Part shown: positions 1-10,057 of the stretch, piece by piece
Position numbering within the stretch: position 1 is the first letter of the stretch
Layout: the number at the start of each line of letters is the position of its first letter
Source of the DNA: Dethiosulfatarculus sandiegensis
Lineage (GTDB): Bacteria > Desulfobacterota > Desulfarculia > Desulfarculales > Desulfarculaceae
Length of the DNA: 24,000 bases
Assembly (NCBI RefSeq): GCF_000931935.2
Contig: NZ_AZAC01000027.1
Coordinates: forward strand, 7,194-31,193
Direction: 5' to 3'
Program-made: the position numbers and the translations under genes
The notes under the pieces: generated by a model
Database searches by the model: none
Told to the model about the DNA's origin: nothing
What the model saw: only the letters and a program-made list of their open reading frames with translations

Positions 1-691
1 TAAAAACGACAAAGTCATTGGCAGCCCGGCAATTGATATTTCTAGAATATATTCCATTAAAAAATTGGAGGCCATGTACATTCAAAGTCACCATGTTGAG
101 GAATTCAAGCAATTCATCCATGCTATATTGTTGCGGTAATCTCCGTTGGTTCCAGTTGCCTTGTAACAGAGTCACCTGGGTTCCGATCCCGGCGTCCCGC
201 AATATCTGCATGTTGTTTTTAATGGTTGTTATTTCCTCCGGGGCTCCTACGTATTTTACAAAATTGGGGATGCCTTTCTGTTTTAACAGGGCAACCCGCT
301 GCATAATATAATCCAGTTTGATGCCGGTTAAAAAGTGATGGCTTATATTTACGAACCCCAAATGGTCGGGATTCCAGGTATTCAGCATCTTCTCCAGCTT
401 GGCCATGGGTATGCAAATATTGGTATCCAGCGAAAAAATATGACCATATCTCCCGCCATAGCTGATCACGTCTTCTAAACCGGGATGCACCAGAGGTTCT
501 CCACCGCTTAAATAGAAATGAGTGGGCGGAATTTGTTCCAGCAGTGAATAGAGGTTCTTATCCTGATATAGATTGTCGCCTATTTGATCTGTCCGGTTGG
601 TTCTCTGCGTACAATAGGGACAGCTGAGATTGCAATAAACTGATCCAAATAAATGCATCCACGGCATTTGGGCTATTTTTCTGAATTTCAT
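1..691 (-). CDS. Radical SAM domain protein, C-terminus cut by window edge
   Basis: My own reverse-strand translation from ATG at 691 gives MKFRKIAQMPWMHLFGSVYCNLSCPYCTQRTNR..., with a canonical CxxxCxxC [4Fe-4S] motif followed by a glycine-rich SGGEPLVHPGF segment. AAAGGAG-like RBS just upstream. Open to position 1. The ORF track did not list it, apparently because it runs off the window edge. Confidence 0.85.
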   Translation of the reverse strand, partial: MKFRKIAQMPWMHLFGSVYCNLSCPYCTQRTNRTDQIGDNLYQDKNLYSLLEQIPPTHFYLSGGEPLVHPGLEDVISYGGRYGHIFSLDTNICIPMAKLEKMLNTWNPDHLGFVNISHHFLTGIKLDYIMQRVALLKQKGIPNFVKYVGAPEEITTIKNNMQILRDAGIGTQVTLLQGNWNQRRLPQQYSMDELLEFLNMVTLNVHGLQFFNGIYSRNINCRAANDFVVF

Positions 692-747
692 TTCGGACCA
701 CTCCTTTAATATTCATAAAACGCGGTAACAACAAAAAACACGGGCTA

Positions 748-1572
748 TCAGATGGAGTTCCGAACAGCCTCAACACACAAATGCCATCCCAGACGCTCTT
801 CCAAGCACCTGAATACACCATCCGGCAGGAGCCTGAAATACCAAACCTTTTTATACTCACCGCGTTTATATTCCGGGATCGAATATGGGAATATATGCTC
901 TACTTTGGCCTCTTTAATGTTGAAACCGTTCAGTAGGGTTTTTATGGTGGTTTTTGAATAGGAATAGGTGACAGGGCAGCCGGTTTGTGCTTCGGAATAC
1001 CTGGCTATGAGTTCATCTAATTTCCAATACTCACCCTTGCCGTATTTAATCAAAATCCAAAGGACCTTCCAAGAAAGCCGGTTATAAACCATGATTTTGA
1101 AAGTGCCATTTTCGCTTAAATATTTTTTAATCTGCCGGATAACATTTTCCGGGTGTGGGGTGTGATGAATTACCCCGAACGAGTAGACCAGGTCGTACTC
1201 CTCCACTGGGACAACATTGCTGAGCTGTTCTGCATCGGCCTGATAAAATTTTATATCCAGGCCCAAAACTTCGGCGCGTTTTCTGGCGAGAGACAGGGAT
1301 TCTTCTGATAAATCGACCGCCGTAACCTTGGCCCCGGCCCGGGCGAAGTTCATAGTGTCTGTGCCTATGCCGCAGCCGATCTCCAGCACCTTTTTGCCTT
1401 TCCAGCGCTTAAACTCGGCGAATTCGGGGATGTGAGGCTCGACAAAATATTTTTTAGCCTCCACTTCATTGAAATATTTCAAAGTGCCCACCGGGCTGGG
1501 GGAGTGCCGGATATTACAGGGGCGCGCGTTCCAATAGGTTTTGACCTGTTCCAAAGTTACTTCATTGAACAT
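748..1572 (-). CDS. Class I SAM-dependent methyltransferase
   Basis: 274 aa with motif I VLEIGCGIGTDTMNFARAG, an acidic motif II (AVDLSE) and YDLVYSFGVIHHTPHP. Start overlaps the 3' end of the upstream dehydrogenase gene; GGAG RBS. Confidence 0.88.
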   Translation of the reverse strand: MFNEVTLEQVKTYWNARPCNIRHSPSPVGTLKYFNEVEAKKYFVEPHIPEFAEFKRWKGKKVLEIGCGIGTDTMNFARAGAKVTAVDLSEESLSLARKRAEVLGLDIKFYQADAEQLSNVVPVEEYDLVYSFGVIHHTPHPENVIRQIKKYLSENGTFKIMVYNRLSWKVLWILIKYGKGEYWKLDELIARYSEAQTGCPVTYSYSKTTIKTLLNGFNIKEAKVEHIFPYSIPEYKRGEYKKVWYFRLLPDGVFRCLEERLGWHLCVEAVRNSI

Positions 1573-2954
1573 GGCGACTCTCCATTTTTATCCTGGCTGC
1601 AATCGGCGGCAGGTCCTATTCCCCACGCCTGGTAGCTGAATCCCCTTGGGGGCGAACTGCGCATAGCCCGCCAGCAATCCAACAATAAAGGCCTCTCCCG
1701 GCTTAAGTCCGCAGCCCGCTCCCAATCAAGTTTGGTGAATTCCGGCCAGTTGGTGGCCAAGATGACAGCCGAGGCCTTTTTAAAGCAATCCATGGGATCA
1801 GGGCAGAAGTCCATGCCGGGTGTCAAGACTTTGGCGGCTTCATCAAGAGCCATGGGATCATGGACCGCGACATCATAGCCCAGTTCACTAAGTCTATTCG
1901 CAATATCAATAGATTGTGACCTTTCAACTATCTGGGTCTGCGGTTTGTATGAAAGGCCCAGTATGGCCACACGCTCACCCGGTGCTACTTTTTGTTTGAT
2001 AATGTCGCTCAGCTCGTCAACCACGGAATTATTCGCCGCGACCACGCTGGTGCTGATGCTCAGTTTTTTTTGGAATTCATTGGCTGATTTTTGAAAGGCC
2101 AGATTATCACGAGGAAAACAAGGCCCCCCGAAGCCCAAGCCACCGGAAATGTATTTATTTCCTATCCTGGTGTCGGCTCCCAAGGCATCCGTGATGGTGT
2201 CAATGTCCGCTCCCGGTATGGCCGAACACAAGGCGGACAGCTCGTTGGCAAACGATATTTTCATGGTGACAAAGCAATTGAGGCTCAACTTGCTAATCTC
2301 TGCGTTTATAAGCGACATACAGGCGATTTTGGGGTTGGAGCGGCAAGTGCGTTCATATACCTGGGAAACCATGTGTCCGCTGACCTGGTCTGAGCAGCCG
2401 ATAAGCACCAAATCCGGGTTGAGGAAGTTTTGGATAACCGAACCAAGAGCAATGAACTCCGGATTGTAGGCCAAACCAAAACCCTGTCCGCATTTTTTGC
2501 CGGACAGATTTTCGAGAAGAGGCAGAAAGCTGCTTTCGCTGGATCCCGGCATGACAGTGGAAATTACATCCACTACCTTGTAATCATAGTTTTGTTTAAG
2601 AGCCGGTCCGATTTCGGCAAGCACCTTTTCAATAAATGAGTTGTCAAAACGGCCATCAGGTCCGCTGGGTGTTGGTACGATTATGAAAATGACCTGTGCA
2701 TTGTTAACGGCTTGTTCTGTGCTGGCAGCCAGGCGTAAATTGGGCCAGGCCTCAGGCATCAGCTTTTCTAAGTCTGTTTCCCGAATCGGCAAACGTCTTG
2801 AAGCAAGCTCCTGCATCACTTCCGCATTGGCGTCGTAGCCCCAGACTTCAAATCCGGCCCCGGCAAAGCAGGCCGCTGTGCACAGCCCCAATTTGCCCAA
2901 ACCAATAACCGACACCCTTTGAATTGTTGGGAAATCCGATTGATTTTCTGACAT
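1557..2954 (-). CDS. Nucleotide-sugar (UDP-glucose/GDP-mannose family) dehydrogenase
   Basis: N-terminal Rossmann VSVIGLGKLGLCTAACFAGAG, active-site region GGLGFGGPCFPRDNLAF, C-terminal VAILGLSYKPQTQIVERSQSIDIA. Start re-assigned from 2975 to MSENQ at 2954. Confidence 0.9.
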   Translation of the reverse strand: MSENQSDFPTIQRVSVIGLGKLGLCTAACFAGAGFEVWGYDANAEVMQELASRRLPIRETDLEKLMPEAWPNLRLAASTEQAVNNAQVIFIIVPTPSGPDGRFDNSFIEKVLAEIGPALKQNYDYKVVDVISTVMPGSSESSFLPLLENLSGKKCGQGFGLAYNPEFIALGSVIQNFLNPDLVLIGCSDQVSGHMVSQVYERTCRSNPKIACMSLINAEISKLSLNCFVTMKISFANELSALCSAIPGADIDTITDALGADTRIGNKYISGGLGFGGPCFPRDNLAFQKSANEFQKKLSISTSVVAANNSVVDELSDIIKQKVAPGERVAILGLSYKPQTQIVERSQSIDIANRLSELGYDVAVHDPMALDEAAKVLTPGMDFCPDPMDCFKKASAVILATNWPEFTKLDWERAADLSRERPLLLDCWRAMRSSPPRGFSYQAWGIGPAADCSQDKNGESPCSMK

Positions 2955-2978
2955 TATCTTAAGTCCTCTGAACACCGG

Positions 2979-3176
2979 TTAATCAACATGAAGCACGAGC
3001 CGTTTTTTGTCTTTTTTATGGAGCCGGTTGGCACAAGAGTTTAATGAGCGTATGTATTGCCCTTTTGTATTCCATAAAGACCCTTTGGGTTTACTATCCA
3101 AAATCCCCCATCTTTCATCGATGCTTAGGCCGGATGGGTTTATATGAAAAACTACATTGGCCGACCTTCTGTTCAT
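2979..3176 (-). CDS. Possible small protein of unknown function (65 aa)
   Basis: Small ORF MNRRSANVVFHINPSGLSIDERWGIL..., same strand and 24 bp upstream of the dehydrogenase. Weak RBS and no recognisable family, so only tentatively coding. Confidence 0.3.
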   Translation of the reverse strand: MNRRSANVVFHINPSGLSIDERWGILDSKPKGSLWNTKGQYIRSLNSCANRLHKKDKKRLVLHVD

Positions 3177-3474
3177 TGCTGGCACATGTTAAATATTTAT
3201 GGTGCTTATTACTCATGGGAAGTTTAGAAGTATTAACGGAAACTTCCGGCTAAGTAGATAACTTTTTAAATATATCCAATGCCTTAAGATGATTGGATGA
3301 AGCCTTGTTGTTTGGTGGGCAGTTTTCGCTCTCTCCTGTTTAACGCCAACAGCCAATCTCTTATAATGTGTTTCATGAATAATGGTGTTCTTTTTTATAA
3401 GGAGCCTTTTGTTCCACTCCTGTTGCAGCCATGCTTTTTTCAGGTTTTAAATCAGATATAACCATTTGATTTGA

Positions 3475-4716
3475 CTATATGAACTTGTAAGTCATCGCAT
3501 CATTTAAAATGACCTGCTCATAAATTTCGTTATGGGGCTGATAAGTGCAGCGGGGGCATTCGCTGGCCACATCGATTTGGTCATGGATCGCCCAGTGATT
3601 AGAGCTGCCCCACCATTTTTTGATCTTTTCAAAATCATCTTCGTTTTTAATCAGCTCCAGTTTTTCCGACCCCCGCCTGTCGCAACAAAGGCCCATGGTA
3701 AAGGCATCGTCAGCCTTGCAATCATCACTGGGCGGCATGAAAACCGCTGTCATAAAAATTGCGTAGCAATTGGAAAAATAGTTCGCGATAGAGAACTGGG
3801 AGTTGAACTTGTGAGTGATGCCGTAAACGCCAAAAGTATCGTCATCCAACTCCTGGGCCATGGCGACCTGTTCTTTAAAGTGCTCAATATCCTGTTTGCT
3901 GAAATTGATCTCATCGGCGGTGCCGATTTTATCCCAGGTTGTGCCGGCAGGCCTGAAATGTATGTTGCGGCAGCCTATATCTTTAGCCAGTTTTGCGGCC
4001 TGGTATATCTCACCGATATTTTTTTTGTTATATAAAAGGTACTTATAACTTACCCCATAGGCGGGGTGGGGCTTGCCCAAGGTAGTGAAGTGACGCTTGG
4101 AATAGTCGACCAGCACCGAAATATTATGGATTATTTTTTCGAAAGCCCCGGAATTCTTTGGCAGGCCCTTAAGGGTGCTGAAAGTGCCTGGTGATCCGGC
4201 ATCCACCGAAACTCCCACCCAGGTGCATTGAGAAAGGCTGTCAATTGCCGAGCTGATGTTTAAGCCGTTTGTGACTATGCCAACCTGGATATCGTTTGCC
4301 ACCAGGCGGTCAATGAACTGTGGTGTGCCCGGGTTAAGAAGAGGCTCGCCGCCGCCGGCAATACAGACAGCCTCTACTCCATAACCGTTTGGGTCATTTC
4401 TATGACGCCAACCGCCCAGAAAGTCTGCCAGGTTGTTCATGGCTTGCGCTGATAACGAATTGTGCCTGATCTTGCGGATATATTCCGCGTTGCACCACAC
4501 ACATTTCAGGTTGCAGACATTAGTGGGATCGACAGTAACCAGCACAGGAGGTGGAACTTCGCGATTTCGCTTGATTTCCGCCCACCTTGTAACATGACTC
4601 AACAACTTGTGGCTGTTAAATGGATTCCAGCGTTTTGCCGGGGTCCATTCCAGTTGCTTGGAGGGAGTCTTTTCTTTAGCTTTTTTGGGCTCTGCCAAAG
4701 TCAGGGCGGCTTCCAT
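3475..4716 (-). CDS. Radical SAM protein with C-terminal cysteine-rich (SPASM/twitch-like) region
   Basis: 413 aa with VTVDPTNVCNLKCVWCNAEY (CxxxCxxC), IAGGGEPLLNPG, and C-terminal cysteines (CYAIF, DDCKADD, GLCCDRRG, ECPRCTYQP). AGGAGAAG RBS. Confidence 0.87.
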   Translation of the reverse strand: MEAALTLAEPKKAKEKTPSKQLEWTPAKRWNPFNSHKLLSHVTRWAEIKRNREVPPPVLVTVDPTNVCNLKCVWCNAEYIRKIRHNSLSAQAMNNLADFLGGWRHRNDPNGYGVEAVCIAGGGEPLLNPGTPQFIDRLVANDIQVGIVTNGLNISSAIDSLSQCTWVGVSVDAGSPGTFSTLKGLPKNSGAFEKIIHNISVLVDYSKRHFTTLGKPHPAYGVSYKYLLYNKKNIGEIYQAAKLAKDIGCRNIHFRPAGTTWDKIGTADEINFSKQDIEHFKEQVAMAQELDDDTFGVYGITHKFNSQFSIANYFSNCYAIFMTAVFMPPSDDCKADDAFTMGLCCDRRGSEKLELIKNEDDFEKIKKWWGSSNHWAIHDQIDVASECPRCTYQPHNEIYEQVILNDAMTYKFI

Positions 4717-4920
4717 CGGGCTTCTCCTCTTATCTTTAGGTCCCGCCTGTTGGGTGTAATCCGGGTTTATCTGGCGTATTTTAAAGCAACTTGCATGCCA
4801 ATAAGATGAAGTTGATGGCTTGTTATTTGTATGATCCTTTAGGGGATGTATTAGGGGGACAAGGCCACAATCAATACTTGTAAGGTTAAGCAGCTTAGAT
4901 TACGCACTAATTAAGATGGT

Positions 4921-4957
4921 GAATTAAAAACTGAGTGAGCATGAACCGGTGCTCGCT
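4921..4957 (-). terminator. Candidate Rho-independent terminator for the minus strand
   Basis: 8-bp inverted repeat AGTGAGCA (4934-4941) / TGCTCGCT (4950-4957), one G-T wobble. On the minus strand it is followed by CAG then TTTTTAATT. It lies about 480 bp past the stop of the HD-GYP gene, so assignment to that operon is uncertain. Confidence 0.35.
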
Positions 4958-5436
4958 TCTAAAATAGACGGAACAAGCAAAACATGCAGAATTGTTTAAA
5001 GGGGAATTTTTTTCCGGAGCTCATATCGAATTGTTTGGGAAGTGTCAAAGATTGTACTATCCTTGGTGAATGACTCGTGAATACCGGATCTGCCACGCAT
5101 GCTGAATATTGTTCGAATCATTGAGTTTGTTTTGGGTCTGCCATCTTGCCCCAAATTTTGATAACTCGATAAAAGGATTGGGTTTAATTACGGTTTTTTA
5201 TCTTAATATTCATCCCCGGTTTTTGTGGGGTCAGCCGCTGGCCGGAGAGGATTTAGTCAATTGTCAGGCGCAGTAAAGATTCCCCAAAAGCATCTGGGCT
5301 GAGAACAAACCTTTAAGGCCGGATTGTTCAATTCAGACCGGCGCGCCTTTGCTCTGGCCGATTTGTGAGGCGGTGATATCCCGATGTGTCCGGGCCCGAA
5401 TAACGGGTCGGTATCTTTTAGGGCATCCTCCCATGG

Positions 5437-6612
5437 TCAGGGGCTGGCGGGGCCTTGGCGCTTGGCATTTTGGGGGGGCCACTCCCGGGAGTCCGGCATT
5501 GGTGGTTTTTGCTCGGGGTCTGCGAATCGGTTGGCGATGGCTTGGAACTCATTCTGAACGGCCAGAAAGGCCTCCACCAGAACAGGGTCAAAGTGGGACC
5601 CGATTTGTTGGGTGATGATATCCGCTGCCTGGTCGTGAGTGCTCGGCTGCTTGTAGGCCCGTTTGGAGATCAAGGCGTCGTATACGTCTGCCAAGGCCAT
5701 GATGCGACCGGATAGGGGGATCTCCTCACCGGCCAGTCCCCGGGGGTAACCGCTTCCGTCCCATCTTTCGTGATGGGTATGGGCGATGTCTTTGGCATGC
5801 ACTAAAAATGAGGGGATGTTCTTGTCCAGAAACAGTTTTTCGCTGTTCTCCAGGGTTCGGCGCCCCAGTTCGCAGTGGCCTTGCATGATCGCGAATTCCC
5901 GCTGGGTCAGCGGGCCCGGCTTGAACAGTATGGCGTCCGGCACGCCCACCTTGCCGATGTCGTGCAAAGGGGCTGATTTGAAAAAGAGTCGGATCATATC
6001 CAGGTCCAGCTGGCCGGTGTAAGGCGAATTGCTTAAGAGCCGCTTGGCCAGGGTGTCCACATAGAACTGAGTGCGCAGAATATGCCCGCCGGTCTCGTCG
6101 TCCCTGGTCTCGCACAGTGTGGTCAGGCTGTGGATGATCACATCCTGGGTGAGCAAGAGCTCCCGGGTCCGCTCCTGCACTTTTTCCTCCAGGATCTCGT
6201 TTTGTTGCTTTTGTTCGCGGCTGGCCAGCACCAGGGATAGGTGAGTCTTGAGGCGGGCCTGCACCTCCAACACTTCAAAGGGTTTGGTGATATAGTCCAC
6301 CGCCCCGAGTTTAAACCCCCTGGTTTTGTCCCCGACCTCACTCATGGCGGTCAGGAATATAACCGGAATTCCGGCTGTGGTCGCTTCAGCTTTGAGCCGT
6401 CGGCAGACCTCGTAGCCATCCAGCCCGGGCATGAGAATGTCCAAAAGGATCAAATCCGGTGGTGATTCATAAATCGCCTCCAGGGCTGCATGCCCGTCCA
6501 TGGCCACCGAGACATCATAATCATCGCCCAGCGCATCCACCATTATGTCCACATTGGCCTCGCTGTCATCCACAACCAGCACTTTACAACCCCTTAGATC
6601 CTTGATTGGCAT
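5437..6612 (-). CDS. Response regulator with HD-GYP (putative c-di-GMP phosphodiesterase) output
   Basis: REC: KVLVVDDSEANVDIM ... LILLDILMPGLDGYEV ... VIFLTA ... KPFE. HD-GYP: HDIGKVGVPDAIL ... HHERWDGSGYPRGLAGEEIPLSGRIMALADVYDALIS. Confidence 0.93.
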   Translation of the reverse strand: MPIKDLRGCKVLVVDDSEANVDIMVDALGDDYDVSVAMDGHAALEAIYESPPDLILLDILMPGLDGYEVCRRLKAEATTAGIPVIFLTAMSEVGDKTRGFKLGAVDYITKPFEVLEVQARLKTHLSLVLASREQKQQNEILEEKVQERTRELLLTQDVIIHSLTTLCETRDDETGGHILRTQFYVDTLAKRLLSNSPYTGQLDLDMIRLFFKSAPLHDIGKVGVPDAILFKPGPLTQREFAIMQGHCELGRRTLENSEKLFLDKNIPSFLVHAKDIAHTHHERWDGSGYPRGLAGEEIPLSGRIMALADVYDALISKRAYKQPSTHDQAADIITQQIGSHFDPVLVEAFLAVQNEFQAIANRFADPEQKPPMPDSREWPPQNAKRQGPASP

Positions 6613-6616
6613 ATTG

Positions 6617-9460
6617 TTATTCCTTCAATTTTTCCAGAAGCGCTTCGGCCAGGGGCAGGGCCTTTTTGAACTTGTATTTACCTATGAACTTGCCCAGGTC
6701 GGAGAACTCAACACAGTGCTCCGGCGACCATCCCATTTCCTTGAGTCGGTCGAAACTCTCCTTGCAGGGTTTGGGTTTTTTGGCCCGCAGATGGGGCAGC
6801 ATCTCCTCCAGGGCGGTGGCCAATTCCGCAGGCGATGCCGCCGCCTCGTCGGTTGCCGGTGCGGCCTGCGCGGCCTCGTTCGCTCCCAATGGACCCAGCG
6901 CTTGCACCAGGGCCTCCAACTCGGTGCCGAAGGTCTTCAGCAAAGAGGGCAGAGTGGCCTTTTGTCCCTCTTTCACCGCCGATTCAATTGTCGCGGCCAC
7001 ACATTGCAACTGCTTCGCGCCCACGTTTCCTGCCACACCCTTGATGCTGTGAGCCAAGCGTTCGGCCTCGGCCATCTTTCCCCTCTCAACCATGCAGGCG
7101 ATCTCTCCCCTGGCTCCGGCGTATTCCTCACGAAATTTAACCAGGAGCTTGCGGTAGAGTTTTTCGTTTCCGCATACACGGTTAAGCCCTTCTTTCATAT
7201 CCACGCCTGCAATGGCCTCGGGCAGGCCGGCTTCCGTCTCCTCCTGCGGGGTAGTGTCCCGGGTTGCCTGGGCCGCTCCGGGCGTAAAACCGCGCACCCC
7301 GGGTTTTATCCATCTCACCAGGGTGGAAAAAAGCTGCCCCACGTCGATGGGCTTGGCCACGTGGTCGTTCATACCGGCCTCCAGCGCTTTTTCGCGGTCG
7401 CCTGCCATTGCGTTGGCGGTCATGGCGATTATGGGCAGATCCGTGAATTGTTCATCCGCCCTTATGGCCCTGCTGGCGGTGTAGCCGTCCATCACCGGCA
7501 TCTGAACGTCCATTAAAACCGCATGGTAGTCACTGGTCTTTATCGCCTCCAGTCCTTCCTGGCCGTTGTTGGCGATATCCACCCGCACTCCGGCCCCCTC
7601 CAGTATCTCCCTGGCCACCTGCTGGTTGATTTCATTGTCCTCCACTAAAAGCAGGTTGGCTCCGCGGATAGGATCAATTAATTCGGCGATTTTTTCTTTC
7701 CCGGTGGAGCGGCGGCGTCTGGTCACAGTCTTTCCAAAGGCATTCATAATGGCGTCGAAGAGAGACGAGGGGCTAACCGGTTTGATCAACAACCCGTCCA
7801 GCCCGTTTTTTTCCATGGCTCTTGCCGCCTCCTCATGGTCATAAGCCGTAACTAATATGATCTTGGGCGGATTTTCAGGGTCTGCGGCTCTATACAGCAT
7901 CTCAGCCGTTTGAATTCCGTCCTTACCGGGCATCTTCCAGTCCAGAAGGATCAAATCAAAGGGGTGGTCGGTCAGGGCGGCTTTAAAGACCTCCAGGGCC
8001 TTGTCACCACTGGGGGCGTCTTCTACGTCCAAGGAAAACTCAGCCAGCATTTCTTCGAAAATCTTACGGGCGGTTTTGTTGTCATCCACCACCAGGGCCC
8101 GCATGCCGGTTAAATCCTGGGACAGCTTAAGGGGCTTTTCTTCCTTTTGTTCGCTTAAATTGAACTGGGCCGTAAATATAAAAGAGCTGCCGATCCCGAC
8201 CTCGCTCTCCACCCAAATTTCGCCGTTCATCATCTCCACCAGCCTTTTGCTGATGGTCAGCCCCAGGCCGGTGCCGCCGTATTTGCGAGTGGTCGAGCTG
8301 TCGGCTTGGGTGAACGCCTTGAACAGCTTTGCGCTTTGCTCGGGAGTCATGCCTATTCCAGAATCACGCACCGTAAACTTCAGGTCCGCCTTTCCCGTTT
8401 TTTGTTTTACTAAGTCGGTGGATACAACAATTTCCCCACGTTCGGTGAATTTCACTGCATTGTTGCCCAGGTTCACCAGTATTTGGCTGAGGCGCAAGGG
8501 ATCTCCCACCAGGTAATGCGGCACGTCGGCGCCCCAGTGAAAAAGGACTTCCAGGTCATCTTTTTCCTGGGCTTTCACTGTGATCATATTCGCCACGTTT
8601 TCCAGGGTCTCGTTCAGGTCGAAATCCACCTGTTCCATATCCATTTTGCCGGCTTCGATCTTGGAGAAATCTAAAATGTCGTTGATCAGGCCCAACAGCG
8701 ATTTGGCGGAAACATCTATTTTTCGTAGGTAATCAATTTGCTTAGGGGTTAGATCTGTCTTGAGTGCCAGATGGGCCATTCCGATTATGGCGTTCATGGG
8801 TGTTCTGATTTCATGGCTCATATTGGCCAGGAAATCGCCTTTTGCCTTGGTGGCAGTCTGGGCGTCCCGCTTGGCCTTTTCCAGGTCTTCCAATAGATTC
8901 AACATGGCCCGCCGGGAACTGGCCAGTTCCTTTACCTGGATCTCGAGAGCCTCGCTGTTTCTTTCCGCCTCTTCCTTGGCAAGGCGGATTTCTTCTGCGG
9001 AAACCTCCAGTTCCTCGGTCTGCCTTTGCAGATCACGGAGCATTTCTTCCCTGGAGGGCTGGGCGAGCATTTTTTTCTGCTCTGTCAGGAAATTCGGTTC
9101 AAAATCCATTTGATCGTGACTAAATGATTTGAAAGCCCAGACAGTGGTGTCCCCATGCTCCGTATGCACCGTCTGTAATGAATCAAAGAAACGGCCGACC
9201 GTAAACGGCGGCTCGACCATGTAGCCATATTGAAAACCAAGCCCCAAGCCTGACAGCCCTTGGCTGTCGTTGAGGCTCACGTTGACTTCCACCTTTTGGT
9301 TTTGCTTGCTTCCGGCCCGGGCCATTTCGGAAAAAATGCTGGCCAGTCTGGTTGATTGCAGTGCTCCATATCCGATCGCTTCTGCCAAACGCAGAATTTT
9401 ACCCCTGGCATCTTTTAAGGATTCCGCAGTGGAAATATGCAAAAGACCAAGCTCGGTCAT
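6617..9460 (-). CDS. Hybrid histidine kinase: degenerate RsbT-like N-terminal domain, coiled coil, HisKA, HATPase_c, REC, REC, HPt
   Basis: N-terminus [37 protein letters not shown] resembles the RsbT/HATPase N-box region but lacks the usual Asn. Then [19 protein letters not shown] (H-box), [27 protein letters not shown], two REC domains ([13 protein letters not shown]; [14 protein letters not shown]), and an HPt with [15 protein letters not shown]. Confidence 0.93.
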   Translation of the reverse strand: MTELGLLHISTAESLKDARGKILRLAEAIGYGALQSTRLASIFSEMARAGSKQNQKVEVNVSLNDSQGLSGLGLGFQYGYMVEPPFTVGRFFDSLQTVHTEHGDTTVWAFKSFSHDQMDFEPNFLTEQKKMLAQPSREEMLRDLQRQTEELEVSAEEIRLAKEEAERNSEALEIQVKELASSRRAMLNLLEDLEKAKRDAQTATKAKGDFLANMSHEIRTPMNAIIGMAHLALKTDLTPKQIDYLRKIDVSAKSLLGLINDILDFSKIEAGKMDMEQVDFDLNETLENVANMITVKAQEKDDLEVLFHWGADVPHYLVGDPLRLSQILVNLGNNAVKFTERGEIVVSTDLVKQKTGKADLKFTVRDSGIGMTPEQSAKLFKAFTQADSSTTRKYGGTGLGLTISKRLVEMMNGEIWVESEVGIGSSFIFTAQFNLSEQKEEKPLKLSQDLTGMRALVVDDNKTARKIFEEMLAEFSLDVEDAPSGDKALEVFKAALTDHPFDLILLDWKMPGKDGIQTAEMLYRAADPENPPKIILVTAYDHEEAARAMEKNGLDGLLIKPVSPSSLFDAIMNAFGKTVTRRRRSTGKEKIAELIDPIRGANLLLVEDNEINQQVAREILEGAGVRVDIANNGQEGLEAIKTSDYHAVLMDVQMPVMDGYTASRAIRADEQFTDLPIIAMTANAMAGDREKALEAGMNDHVAKPIDVGQLFSTLVRWIKPGVRGFTPGAAQATRDTTPQEETEAGLPEAIAGVDMKEGLNRVCGNEKLYRKLLVKFREEYAGARGEIACMVERGKMAEAERLAHSIKGVAGNVGAKQLQCVAATIESAVKEGQKATLPSLLKTFGTELEALVQALGPLGANEAAQAAPATDEAAASPAELATALEEMLPHLRAKKPKPCKESFDRLKEMGWSPEHCVEFSDLGKFIGKYKFKKALPLAEALLEKLKE

Positions 9461-9463
9461 TTT

Positions 9464-10057
9464 TTAGTTCCTCAAAACAAGGCAACAGGCGTCATCAGTG
9501 CCCTTGCCCAAGTGATGGATTATTTTTTTTGCGATGTCGCCTGCCGAGCCCGTCAAAAGGCCCGGATAATCCAGAAGATCAAAGTTTTCGCGCACACCGT
9601 CCGAAGTCAGCACCAGGGTGTCTCCCACGTGGAAATCCACCTTGAGCTCCTTTGGAGTTGGCGATCTAAAACCCAAGATGCCTCCCCTGGGCACGAATTT
9701 GTAAGCGCCGCCGCCGTATATGCGGGTGTTGATATTGCCCACACCCACATAGGAAAGTTGGCGGTTTTGCAGATTAACCCGACACATGGCGGCAACCGCT
9801 CCCCTGGTGCCCTTGAGGTGTTTGTGCAGCCTCCAGGTGAGGTCCACCAGGTTACTCTTGTAGTTCTCAGCCAGAAACTCTTCGGCCATTAAGGCCACCT
9901 GGTGGGCTTTATTCCCATGCCCCAAGACGTCGATCAGGGCCACAAAGGCCGTTTTGCCTCCTAACTTGATCACTCCTGTGTCTCCACAAGCGTCATCCGG
10001 CCCTTCCAAAGAGTATTTTTCCAGGTGAGCATCCAGTTGGGGCATCAGTTCCTCCAT
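9464..10057 (-). CDS. rsbX: RsbX-like PP2C/SpoIIE-type phosphatase
   Basis: 197 aa with GPDDACGDTGVI...FVALIDVLGHGNKAHQVA and GDTLVLTSDGVRENF ... GTDDACCLVLRN, matching PP2C/SpoIIE metal-binding motifs. Positioned in an rsbRST operon immediately after rsbT. Confidence 0.82.
   Translation of the reverse strand: MEELMPQLDAHLEKYSLEGPDDACGDTGVIKLGGKTAFVALIDVLGHGNKAHQVALMAEEFLAENYKSNLVDLTWRLHKHLKGTRGAVAAMCRVNLQNRQLSYVGVGNINTRIYGGGAYKFVPRGGILGFRSPTPKELKVDFHVGDTLVLTSDGVRENFDLLDYPGLLTGSAGDIAKKIIHHLGKGTDDACCLVLRN

Noticed and set aside
6545-7516. 323-aa plus-strand ORF (and several other 80-150 aa plus-strand ORFs across 6600-9100)
   Set aside because: Fully antisense to the well-supported hybrid histidine kinase. 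Composition looks like mirror-reading of high-GC coding DNA, with no recognisable domain.
9607-9795. Small minus-strand ORF inside the RsbX-like gene, and similar same-strand out-of-frame ORFs (5726-6115, 11009-11329, 12288-12494)
   Set aside because: Alternate-frame shadows of strong coding genes.
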